A stretch of 61,551 nucleotides of DNA, counting the filler, from Ionaspis alba (taxonomy: Eukaryota), in the NCBI GenBank assembly GCA_964255285.1. It is 7 parts of 7 records of this genome, joined end to end, with 100 filler letters (N's around TTAATTAATTAA, not from the genome) between each part and the next. Parts side by side here need not be neighbours in the genome. Positions count along the whole stretch, not along the records: positions 1 to 8,734 come from CAXUUL010000707.1; positions 8,835 to 17,548 come from CAXUUL010000709.1; 5 more parts are not named here. One strand, written 5' to 3'. Within the stretch, counting starts at the first letter, position 1, and every line of letters begins with the position of its first letter. The position numbers and the translations under genes were made by a program. The notes under the pieces are model-generated. The model was not told the origin of the DNA. It saw only the letters and a list, made by a program, of their open reading frames with translations, and did no database searches. Positions 1 to 11,715 of the stretch are shown piece by piece.

Positions 1-373
1 CTTCTCGAGAGAGGTATCTGTAGGACTTCATGCGGAGCTCAGAAAGGAAGCATGTAGAACTATAGTCGAATCGTGCCATCGATTCACAAAGGATACACAT
101 GCAGTATTTTTTCATCTCTCGCTCGTGCTATTTACAGGACAGGATTCGAGAACAAAGTTCGGTATCGTAAAACAATCCCATGTATATCCAATATCACGCT
201 CAAATTCCAATTGACTCATCTCAGAATCGCTCAATCACTCCTTGTAATCATCCCAAGAGAATGCAAACAATGTGAAACAAAACGACGGCACAACATAATC
301 CAAGGGTATGTATCGCTGAGGCTCAACCCACAAACCGCACCCCAAAACACCGTCCATGCATCGCACTCACTGC

Positions 374-2588
374 TCAATAATTCTCCGGTAATCCCTGAAA
401 ATCCGGCACATTCTGCGTACAATTGAAGTCCCTTTCCCAGACCCTCTTCGGCAGAATCTCCGCCTGCATACCCAGTTTCCAACTCCACTGGACTGCATTC
501 TCCGTCACCCAAGTCCAATAGAACCATCCCCAGCCGATCTCAAAGCTAGTCATCTGCGCTTCCGCGTTCGTGAGGAGCCACCGCTTATACGCAATGCTGT
601 ATTTGGAGGCGTCGGCATTTGCGTCAGCGCATTCGCAGTTCGCCGAGGAGCCGCCGGGACAAGAGGGCGTAAGGACGGAAGCGGAGGGGTCGGGGAGGCG
701 GAGGTTGCCCTCCCACCTAGAGCCAGCGCCGACGTTGTTAAGGTTGGGGGCGCAGTCGGTGTCGGCCTGGGACCATTCGCCACAGAGAGTGGGACCGTAT
801 CTGTGGGCACAAAACATTAGTCTACTAGTTTTTCGGAAGGAATTGTTGATATGAAGATGAAACTCACCCAGTAGCAGTATCAATACTCTGCTTCATCTGA
901 CCGCTCCACCCCGCACACGCAAAACTGATCTTTTTCTTATGGTCAAATGCGATCTGATCGGTATTGAAGATCACGTATTGATGCGCATCCATCACCAATC
1001 CCTGCACACCCGACAACTTTCCTTGCCACTTTGGGAGACCCAGAAAACCATCGGCAAATACAATCGTCTGCGTGATACCGTTTTTCCGCACAATATCGAT
1101 CGCGGAAGTTGTCCAGCTGAGAACGGCCTGAACAGGTAGAACAATCATCTTGGGCTCATTGACGAGCCCATAAAGCCCGATAACGTTCTTGTACCGCGGC
1201 TGTGCAAAGAAGGTCGAAAGCTGACCATGAATATCGAGGGAGCGCTGACCGTTCGTGGCGCCGTCCGATCCAGCAAGCCAGTTGATGGCGCCTTGACGGC
1301 CGGAGTGATTCCACCCATTCTGGCTGCCAGGCAGGGCGTGTAAGTCGAGATTTACTCGTAGGCCGTGCTTGCGCGCCCACTCAATACCGCGGATGAGGTA
1401 GCGCCAGGAGATCTTGGGAACATAAGGGTCTCCGGGATATGTCGTGACAGCCCAGTAGGAGAATGGGATACGCACGTGATCGAAGCCGGCGGCTTGGATG
1501 TCGATGAAGTCTTGCTCGGTGATGAAGGAGGAGTAGTGTTTTTCAAGGGTTTTGGCCGCGTCTTGAGGACCCAGATGCTGGGTTAGTGAGTATTCGTCCA
1601 CTATGTTGAGTTTGGAGTCGTAGGAGGAGAAGAGGCTGGGAGTGATGAAGGGTTCGAGGGATAGCCAGCCCCCGAGGTTGATACCTCGGATGGGCATTTG
1701 GCCGTAATTGAATTTATCGCTGAGTTTGGGGACGTATTTGTTGGCTTGGGTTGTGTCGTCCCATTGGGAGAAGAGACCCATGACTGGTAATCCTCCCACC
1801 ATCTGGCTCGTATAGCTGACGTTGAAATCCTTGGTATCGTACCAGGTAAAGGGATCCAGATAGCTACCTTTGGCTGAGGTAGGGATATCGCTTGGACTTA
1901 TGCCGTTCAGATTCGAATTGTCCGGCGGACTTCCCGAGGAGCCACCGTTGCTGTTCTTTCCGATCACCAATACCCCAATTGGTATCAAGATAATCAGCAG
2001 AAGTACCACGAAACCGACAAGTAGCCAGCATCCCTTCCCAAATCTTCTGCCTTCCGGCTTCAGATACCCACCTCTTCGCCCCATCCCCTCCTCTAGTCTT
2101 GCGCCACTGACTATCCTTTTCTTCCTCTTTTCCACTACTCTCCCATCATCGTCTTCCCTCCGTTTGTGCTTGCCCCTCTCTTTGACCACTCGTCCTGTCA
2201 CAACCTTCTCCCTCTTCTCCTGTTCCCGCTCTCTCTCCCTTCTCCTCGCTTCCTCTTTCTGATTCAGCGCATCCAATTTCGCCAGCGAGTCAAGACTCAA
2301 GGGAGCCGAGCTAGTCTGAGACGTCGTACTGTCATCTTTTGGCCTTGAGTTGGGCTTCGAAGAGCGCTTCTGCTGTGTGTGCGATCTCCGCTTTTCAGCA
2401 GGTGTTCCTGATTTGCGCCTGCTCTTCTCTTTCTCGTAGGCAACTTCTTCAGATCCTGAGTCGCGAAGTCGGCGATCTTGTTCTAACAGAGATTCACTGG
2501 AGATGGGTCGCACTTTGGGTTTGGATTTTGGTTTCGTTTTTGCTTTGGGCCTTGAGATGGCGGGGCGGTCTTTGCGCGGGGTTGCCAT
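374..2588 (-). CDS. exgD: Membrane-anchored GH5 exo-1,3-beta-glucanase (ExgD/Exg2 type), 2 exons (2588-868, 800-374), ~715 aa
   Basis: Basic N-terminus, one TM helix (WLLVGFVVLLLIILIPIGVLVIG), GH5 motifs RGINLGGWLSLEPFITPS, HVRIPFSYW, DLHALPGSQNGWNHSG, VNEP (acid/base), GEWS (nucleophile), GWGWFYWTW. GTGAGT...CTAAT...CAG intron 867-801 joins the two ORFs in frame. Confidence 0.92.
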
Positions 2589-3435
2589 GTGAGGCCTGGC
2601 GAGCTGGAATGCGTGCGCATGCGGCTTCCCAAAATGTCTAGAATTGCAATCTTTCAGCGTCCAAAGCTGTTTTCGGTGGGATCTCGTAGTCCAATGATTG
2701 CGACGACCAATCTCGTGGATATGGAATGTAGATGTCGCTGGTGGTGTTTACCGACTGTCGATCAAGATCGCCGTTCGCAGGTCTGGCCGGGCAACGGCGC
2801 CAAGCTTTTAGTCCTCAACTCTCTGGTGGCGGTTGAATCCAGTGGATTGCTCTATGTTTCTTTTCGAAGAAGAAATGTATGTTGATGTCGTTACAATGGC
2901 ATTCGAAAGCAAAGACATAGTGACAGCTGGCCGTGTTCATCAGAGAGATGAGGGGAACGGCGAAGATGACTTTATCGAGCCATCCACTGATCTCGCCAGT
3001 AACAGCCAGGGTTGCTGCATCTCATAGTTTCCGTATCGCATACGAAACCCATGCACATTATAGCAGCAGGAGCTTCACGGTAACACGCAGACGAGGGAGT
3101 GGCTAGGCCTTGAGAAAATTCGAGAGACCCCAGCTTCATGAGACCTACGTGGTTACTCTTGGAGAGAGCACTCTTCTGTATCTTTCAGCAGCTCTTCAAG
3201 CGACCGCGAGAAGACTTCTCTTTACGCTTTATCAGCATTGACTCACATGCCATCGAAGAATACAATAATGCCGTATGTGCGGAAGCTACAACCACATATG
3301 AAAGACCTAAATCAACGCCAAGCCTTTCATCAAGCCCCACCATATCTCTCGACCCAGCTTTTGTTCAAACTGTACCAAGACTGAAATACAAACACCCCTT
3401 CAACTTTCAACGAATATCAAAATCTCATTCCCAAG

Positions 3436-4123
3436 ATGCCGCCCAAATCGTCTGCTCCACTGTCTCCACCCATTCCCGACGACGAACATGCTCCCTCCCT
3501 TCCCCTACCCATGTCTGCCTCCGTCATCCTCTCAGCCCTCCCCACCGACGCAGCTACAGCATTAGCAGATGTTGATGACATGCAAGGGAAGAAAGGTAGA
3601 CTTCCCGACCAGCGTACGATTCATACATTCCATCCTTCTCTATCTGTCCTCTTATCATTTGTTGCGTGTGTGCCACATCTTCATAGCTCCTTCAATCTCG
3701 CTTGCGAGTATGAACAAGAAACGTCTGACATTTTCGACAAGTCAAAATCCGTTTCCAACCTCTGCCTTCAGCACCAGCTCTAAGCCAGCGCGTGTTTACT
3801 ATTAGTGCTTCCAACCGCTTCGAGACGGTAGTCACGTTTCTGCGGAAGAAGTTGGGGGTGAAGAGGGAGGAGAGCGTGTTTTGCTACGTCAATAGTGTTT
3901 TTGCGCCGGGACTTGATGAAGGGGTGGGAGGGTTATGGAAGGTATGTCTTCTCTTTTTTCGGTTTCAGTAATCGTACATTTGAGATATGGGGACCCAGGG
4001 GTGGGCGATGAGGAATAGTAGTATACTGTGTTAACTTCTAGCCATTTCTAGTGTTTTAAGACGGGATTTCAAGGGGACGAGCAGCTAATTGTGGCATACT
4101 CGATGACGCCCGCTTTCGGTTGA
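3436..4123 (+). CDS. ATG12: Ubiquitin-like autophagy protein Atg12, 3 exons
   Basis: Spliced translation gives ...[39 protein letters not shown]...[27 protein letters not shown]...[12 protein letters not shown], with the C-terminal AFG conjugation glycine. Introns 3596-3741 and about 3942-4051. Confidence 0.93.
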
Positions 4124-4411
4124 GGTAATGGCCGGTGTTGAGCATCAAGTTTATAGTCTGGTCAAACATGGAGTTATTTACCGTCGAAAGACCAAGGGAT
4201 GAGGCTCAAAGGTTCGTGTAAACGTGTGGTCTCGTCTATCTATCCAAATCTATATCCTTTTATCCAAAATCTAACCAAATCGACATGCAAATCAACAGAT
4301 CTTCAGAATTCTACCTTAAAACAGTCGTAACCAGTAGACAGGAGAGGCAGGAACGACAGGGGTATATCCGCTAAAGCGCAGGACAAGAAAGAAAATCCAA
4401 AATGATCGCAT

Positions 4412-5520
4412 CTATTCTCCAATAGCTTGCTGAAATTCGTCGAGTTCTTTGGCTGGTATCGGATAAGTGTGTTCCGGTGCCGGGTAAGCTCTACTCTTGA
4501 CCTCGGCTAGAGAACGAGTTAGCCTTCGGAAAAGGCCTTACGACATGAACGAGACATGCCTTTATACGACTCGATTGCTCTCATACTCTCCCCCCAAACA
4601 TCACCATATTTCTTGACAAACTTCGGCAGAAATCGTCCAGGAGGGAAGTTGCCAGACATATCAACCTGAACTAGGACTTGCCCGGAGCAGCCGTTTCCAG
4701 CGCCAATGCCAATAGTCGGAATCCTCAACTTCTTGGTGACAATAGCAGCTACTTCAGCAGGAACGGCTTCTAGGACCATAGCAAAGCAACCTGCTTCTTG
4801 TACGGCGAGGGCATCTTCGAGAACTTTGATAGCGCCTGCTGTTGTTTTCCCTTGGACTCGGAAGCCGCCCAACGCGTTTTGTCGTTGAGGAGTTAGACCG
4901 ACGTGACCTAGTACGGGGATACCTGCTCGAGTGATCCGTTCTATTGTCGGAGCCATTTCCACACCGCCTTCGAGCTTGATAGCTTGAACCCGGCCTTCTT
5001 TGATGACTCGGATGGCAGTCTCTAAGGCTTGCTCGGGGGCTACTTCATAAGAACCCATGGGGAGGTCTCCAATCTATTGAAGAGGTTAGTATAGTGAACA
5101 GCAACAATATTTAGGGGAACATCTTACGGTAAAGGCGGCTTTGGTTGCACGAGAAACGCTCCGGCAATGGAGGATCATTTCCTCGAGCACTACCTCGCTC
5201 GTATCTTCCATGCCTAGAGCTACCATTGCGAGACTATCTCCCACTAAGATCATGTCCATACCGGCGGCATCGGCGACATGAGCACTGGGAAAATCGTGAG
5301 CTGTGATCATAGTGATAGGTTCTTGCTTCTGATGTAATGAGCGAAGAGTATTGATAGTGACTTTCTTCCTCTGATTCGTTGGTGGTGCGCCCATGGGCGA
5401 GTGGGAACTCTGACGAGTCTGACATTGCGACAGCACAACTCTAGGAGGGACAGGAGTCGTAGGCTTCCATGATCGTGGTATCGGTCGCAGTACACTCGGT
5501 TTCATGAGTCCGTAAGACAT
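4412..5520 (-). CDS. panB: 3-methyl-2-oxobutanoate hydroxymethyltransferase (ketopantoate hydroxymethyltransferase), likely mitochondrial presequence, 3 exons
   Basis: Motifs ITMITAHDF, ILVGDSLAMV, GDLPMGSYE, IKLEGG, GHVGLTPQ, PTIGIGAG, GQVLV, C-terminal YPAPEHTY. Introns 5127-5074 and 4559-4507 (GC-AG). Confidence 0.95.
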
Positions 5521-6456
5521 GCTTTCGAAGTGGGGGTTTTTCCACGAATTGCGGGATGGATTATAGATAAAGATGATGACGGGCCACGTATGTCAGAGAT
5601 GAAAGGGTCCATTGTGGGCAGGAGAGAGTCCGCTGCCTTTAATAATACCTAAGCTCGTGATGGTGAGTGCTGCGGATTATGAGGTACGAGTAGGAGGTTT
5701 TGGGGATTATTTTTTCTTTCGAAGCTGAATTGCTCCATGCGACCGAGGTTGCAGAACCGAGGACGAGGGGTGTTGGCTTTGGGCTTAGCGTCCCCAAGGC
5801 CTTTCAGGTACGAAAACTTTCATACCATCGTTAACTCTACAATAACAATGAGGTATTAGGTATCGGGGAGACCTCCGGTAGTGGCATGATGCGCATGGAC
5901 AGATTCTTTTCCCATTGGGGTACGGACATCCAATCAGATACGCCCAAAGACTGTTGCTTTGCATTTTGCAGCAGTTGAGAGCGATTTTTCTACAGCCTTA
6001 TGCTGGACAGTTTTATGCATTGGCATTATTATCTCCACGTTATGCCAGATGCATAGGTGATGATAAAGAACAGCTCCCTCGGTGGAGGATGTACGTCGTG
6101 ACCATCCCACTCGTGATTCCCAGACCGACCCTCAAACCCTTCGATTCCTTACCATTTCTCTAGAACAAGTTTCTCCTACAACTCACTACCACCTGAACCC
6201 ATCTCAGCGCTTGCTCAAGTCAATTCCGATACATCCGTCTTCGCCCGCAAGCAACAAAGCCACAGCTTGAGAGTTCTTTATCTCGTGGATGGCCCACCAG
6301 ATAGCCCATCCGAGTCAGCCTACAAGCAGAACGTGAAGCATTCCAGGATAGCATCATCGCCTATACTTGTCATATATTCTAGCTAGAATTCAAATACCTG
6401 CTAGAAAGCAAGACTCCGTCTTAGGCGCTCCGAGTTTGCAGGTATTGGGAGGCACG

Positions 6457-7619
6457 ATGAGTAGCCCAAAGCGGAGGATAGAGACGGATGTGAGTCAACA
6501 GTTAAATGATGGCCACAGTATGAAAGGATACATAGAATACTAATCGAAATCTTTTGCGCGTGGCTACAGGTGATGAAGTGAGTTCCTGCACCTCTGTATT
6601 TTCACGAGAAACCAGGACTGACGTATTTCTCAGGATGTATGCCCAATTCCATGGATTACTCCCATACACCAACGATATTCCCCCCCCTTACCACATATCG
6701 GAAGATGAGGAAGCTGAGAGCAAGGGAATTGTAGGATGATGAGCGACTACGAGGTGACGCTAGTCAACGACAACAGTCAGTATAGCCCATTCGAAAGGGC
6801 TCGTGGCTCTACCGTTGTCACGGGTCGCATATATCGCATCGCATATACACTGACGCCATGATACTAGTGTACGGCCCTTTTCACTACACCGCCTCCGACT
6901 TATCAGATCGAGAGATAGCCATACATACTCACACAGAACTAGGCAAGAATTCTTCGTGCGATTCAAGGGACCCGATGAGAGTATGGCTACCCTGGCAAGG
7001 TCACACCCGCAAAAACCGAAATACTCACATGAAAATATAGCACCCTTCCAAGGCGGGCTCTGGAAAGTGCACGTCGAGTTGCCCGACCAATACCCGTACA
7101 AAAGCCCCAGCATCGGCTTCGTGAACCGCATCTTCCACCCCAACATCGACGAGTTGTAGGCCTCTTTCCCCCAAAACAGCCTAACGACGCACCTCTGATG
7201 CTCGGTCACAGATCCGGATCCGTCTGCCTGGACGTTATCAACCAGACCTGGTCGCCCATGTTCGACATGATCAACATCTTCGAGGTTTTCCTGCCGCAAC
7301 TACTCCGATACCCGAACCCGACGGATCCGCTGAACGGAGAGGCAGCGGCGCTGCTGATGAGAGAGCCGAAGAGCTACGATGCGAAGGTTAAAGGTGAGTG
7401 ACTGGTTTTCAGGAAGCGAATGGCGCTCCCCCTTTTCTACTTCTTCTTTGCACGGGAAATAGGCGACTGACGGCCAGGGCAGAATATGTGGCCAAGTATG
7501 CGACCAAGGATGCTGCAGATGAGGCCGGAGATGATAGCGAGTCGGACGATTCGATGAGTTCGGTCGGGAGTTTTGAGTCAGGGGATGAAGAGCCGGCCGG
7601 GCAGATGGATGAAGTATAA
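6457..7619 (+). CDS. UBC8: Ubiquitin-conjugating enzyme E2 (Ubc8/UBE2H). Predicted 9 exons: 6457-6489, 6570-6577, 6634-6636, 6735-6775, 6868, 6943-6980, 7041-7155, 7212-7393, 7483-7619 (185 aa)
   Basis: Model reads [39 protein letters not shown]...[10 protein letters not shown]...[22 protein letters not shown]...acidic tail. Exon lengths sum to 558 nt (in frame). Gene identity is secure; the microexons are inferred. Confidence 0.93.
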
Positions 7620-8734
7620 TGATCAAGAGGGTTAGCTCTCGGGGGACTGAAGCGAGGTCTCAGAGGTGTTTGCGCGGGTGATTGATGTATGGGACTTGGT
7701 TATCGGGGCGCGTTTGGACGGGGCGTTTATGGATTTGGGCATATGGGGCTGGTGCATGTTTCGCGGAGATTCCTGATAGTACAAGATAGTTTGCCATCTC
7801 TCTACTCGAAACAATCTCGTAACAGGCGCAAGGTCCGGGTACTACAGAGGAAGGCTACACCGCTTCGAACGTCAAAGAACTTCTAGCAGCACCAGTGGAG
7901 AGTGAAAAATAGGGGCTATAAGCGGGAGCATGTTCGCGTAACAACGTCTAGAACGAATAGTCGACCCGATTGGCGGCAATGATTGCCGCCAGACCGTGGA
8001 CATGAGAAAGCTGAGATGCGGTTTACAAAGACGCAGCTCGTCTTACTCAAAAAGGGTGACAGCCGAACAGGTCGTACAGTTACAGAAACGACCTGAGGGA
8101 AAGCCGCAGTCACACAACATCCCCATATCCTCGCGGCAATTCCTTCGAAACCTCGTAGGAAAAAAAAAAACCTCATCGGGCGTCCGAACTCCTCAGCCTC
8201 TAGCAATACTCTTTGCACAAATCCACCAAATCCCGAAACAGCGAACTCGTCCGATCTGAGATCGAAGCACGGCCTTCGATGATGGTGTGAATAATCATCA
8301 TCATTCACATGCAAGCCACTTGCCTATGCGTTTTGGAAAGAAAGGGGGTTGCAAACCCTTGAAAGCCGGCCGGAAGAAGGGCCACGTGGGAAATGCTGGA
8401 CTGAAGTTCCGCGATGCGAGGGCGTGGCGCGGAAGGCGTGGCGCTGGTCTAGAAGGCGGCGTGGAAGGTTGTGGATAGACGGCACCAATCAGTCCTGGTA
8501 GTGGTGGTGAAGTGTTCTTTTTTGTTTTTTTGTCGGCTTGTGCTGGGACTTGCTGGTTTCCGGTGTGGCGATGGTGAGTGATAGGCGTTGTTGAGACAAG
8601 CGAGTGAGTAGGATCGGTGAGATGGATGACTGGCAGTGAAGGATCTGATGCTGTTGTTGCGAATGTGACAGCGGTGGCCGGTGGGTTGGTGACCGCATGC
8701 TACTACTGGTAGAGTCACGCTTGTCGCGACCGAG

Positions 8735-8834
8735 NNNNNNNNNNNNNNNNNNNNNNNNNNNNNNNNNNNNNNNNNNNNTTAATTAATTAANNNNNNNNNN
8801 NNNNNNNNNNNNNNNNNNNNNNNNNNNNNNNNNN
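8735..8834. other. Artificial contig spacer (N44-TTAATTAATTAA-N44)
   Basis: 100 nt with a six-frame stop linker; identical to five other spacers in the window. Confidence 0.98.
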
Positions 8835-9761
8835 GGCAGTGGCCATGCTGTGACGTTCCTGGCAATTCCTGCTCGAGGTTCTGATGTCAGCACTGTAGCG
8901 GAATCTGTTTCTGCTTCATTGGCTACACTGGAGCAGGACGCTGCGAGCATGGCTGATGGCTCTCAGATCACTGTATACACACCCAGACCAGGTCCTTTCG
9001 TGGAATATGGCGTTCAAGTCATTCCTTGTAGGAGGGTCTGGGGATCCGATGGTTTGGAGTTAATCGCCGGTCTAGCGATGCACTCATTGTGATGGTATGT
9101 CTTACGACTTTGATACCCCAGTCCAGAAGGTCGAGAGATGAGACGGGCATCACGATTTGGCAGCAAAGCGTGGGGATAGGAGTGGTCAATCGTCGGAGGT
9201 CTGTTAGGGGGTTCTTAGCAGAACTTGGGGAGACGCCCACAGTCGTATTATTGCTGTTTTCGATGAAAGTTAAAATGTGGTGCATCTTCACTGAGTCATA
9301 TGACAGTACCAATTGGACATGCTCAAATCCTTTTTCAGTAGTTCTAATACAAACGATGCGACCTGCACACCCCAGCAAAGAAAAACTTATCTCACGAATA
9401 CAGCCAGAGAGAAAGAAAACGACCGAGCTTCGAAGCCGACGTACATCTCCTGCTAGTGTTACAACACAGATAAAAGAAAAGGTATTATACAACTGCTTCG
9501 AACGCCCCAATGCAGAATGACCCTGAGTCAAAACGTCCAGTTTAAACCAATTCAATCCCCTTCCTTTACCCCCGCTAAAGCTCCCTGTCGAGCGCACACA
9601 TATAACATCCTCCTACCAATCACCACCGCGGCAAAGGCCAATATGTGCAAGAGAAGTTTGACTCGGTTCCACTACCCTGTCCTCGAAGAATTGTTCTATG
9701 GCCACGTTTGCTTCGTTGATCTCGTTCAAGATATGATACAGGTTCTTGTGACAACAACTCC

Positions 9762-11715
9762 TCACTCGTCCCTCTTCCGCTTTTTCGCGCTTTTGGCATT
9801 CTCGACCGAAGGGGCGGGGCTCATGCTGCGGACTGAACCGACGCCTTCGGATGAGCTGCTGCTGGAGGCGTTGGCTGCAGCAGCTTGAGCAGCTTCGAAG
9901 AGAACAGCGCCAAGCATGCCAGCGTTGTCGTCTCCAAGCTCAGACTTCTCAGTCGGTGGTAGCTCACCATCCTCAAGCACACCCATGACGATGGCACCAC
10001 TTCCGTGGGTTCGAGCGTGCTGGGCTAAGTTGTCACTGCGCGAGAATTTCTTCCCGCAGTCGTTACATTCGAATGGCTTGTCGTGAGTGTGGAGTGAGCG
10101 GTAGTGGCGTTTGAGGTGTTCTTGACGACGGAAACGACGTGAGCATAGGGTGCAGACAAAGGTCTTTGAAGGATCTTCGGTGAGTGACTGCTTGCGACCG
10201 CGGCGAGCGACAGGTTGTGGTGTAGCTGAGGTTCCGTCGGACCCAGAGGTGACGGCGGCGTTGTCGGAGGACCCAGTATGGCTTGGGGCAGAAGAGCTCT
10301 GTTGAGGTGCAGACGTGGAGCCTGACTTGGTGTTGTCGGCGAATGATTGCTCCTGGCTGCTGGCGAGGGACTCGAGCTCAGAGAGCTCACTGCTGTCCGA
10401 ATGAGGTTTCCGAGATGCCTTGCGAGTGGTAGAACGCTTCTTTGACTTCAACATTTTTGTGGACGTTTCTGTAGGTATCTGTCGGAAAGTCTCTTGTTGG
10501 AACGACCCCGCTAACCCAACAGCTGCGAACTGATCCACCTCTTCAAAGTCCTCAAAACTGTCCTCACTAAGGAAATCCTCGTCCGAGAACGAGAGAAGGT
10601 CGAGTCGTTGACGCTTGTTTCCAAGGTAAAGGGGTGTCTCTGAAGGTAGTTTGGCGAGGTCTGTGACAAATTCGTTGTCGGAGTCGAGGTCAGAGAAGCT
10701 GTCGAAAGTTGGTAAGCCTCCGAGGGTTGAGGCTCGAAGTGAGTCAAACGCGGTGGTGAACTGAGACTCTGGCTTGGTGAGGTTTGCCTCGGCGCCTAGG
10801 AGATACTTGTTTTGATCGTTTTGCGTGTACAAAGTAGTGAGGTGTGGTAGATCTAGTTGCAAAGCTCGTGCACTGGAGCTCGGAGACTCGACCAGAAGGT
10901 TGCGTGGATCACAGAAGTCAAAGTCGAGGTCGGAGGTGACTGATCGTGGGATTGGCGAAGGTGAAGGCGAAAGGGAGGGACAAGAAGTAGCGGATAGGAG
11001 GTCAGACGTTTGGCTAGCGGTAACCGAGGGCGGATGGATGAACACTAAAACGCGGTAGGATTAGACGATGCAATCTATTATATTTTTGACACATAACGCT
11101 GATTTGTGACACGTCTACAAATTGTGTGGAATCATAAGAGGCAAACATACCAGGTGTCAATGGAGGCGATCCGCATCGTGTCCAATCCCCGCCAGCGAGA
11201 ATTTCGGACTTAACATCTCCTTCACATCCTTCCTTCACACCTTCAATGTTCTGGGTGCCAAAGAAGGCACTGGTGGTGGGTGTCGGCAAAAGACCACAAC
11301 TCGTCGGGGGACTGCTGATGGCACTGCCTGAAATAGAAAGTGGAGGAGTTGCTGGATAAATATATCCATCAACCTCTACACATTCGGTGTCGAGTGAAAG
11401 TGATTGCCCCTCGGATTGGAACAAAAATGCAGGCTTCTGGTAAAGTGGACGAGGTGACGCCATTGGTGGCATAGCTGGCTGCATTGAAAAGGCATTGGGG
11501 TGCATGTACATGTGGGTTTCGCCGGACGACGGTCTTTGAGGCTGTTGGTACATCATCTCTTGAGGGTATGCAGGCTGTTGGAAGTGCTGAACTTGACTGC
11601 TAGGAACGACAGTGCTCGGATGTGGCGAGAAATGGCCATGCTGCCGGTGATCGGGGTTTGCCTCAGGGGTGTAATAGAAGAACGGTGCTGGTGCCATGGC
11701 TTGCGTGTTGTTCAT
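9762..11715 (-). CDS. seb1: Stress-response C2H2 zinc-finger transcription factor of the Seb1/MsnA (Msn2/4-like) family, 2 exons (11715-11151, 11044-9762)
   Basis: Twin C2H2 fingers [68 protein letters not shown]-terminal PFFYY...[20 protein letters not shown] joined across a GTATGT...TAG intron. Confidence 0.9.

Noticed and set aside
8779..8790. TTAATTAATTAA recurring with ~8.8-kb periodicity
   Set aside because: Six-frame stop linker inside N-spacers; an assembly artefact, not a biological repeat or CRISPR array.
7916..9600. Short ORFs on either side of the first spacer
   Set aside because: No recognisable motifs or consistent splice model, and they lie on two different contigs.
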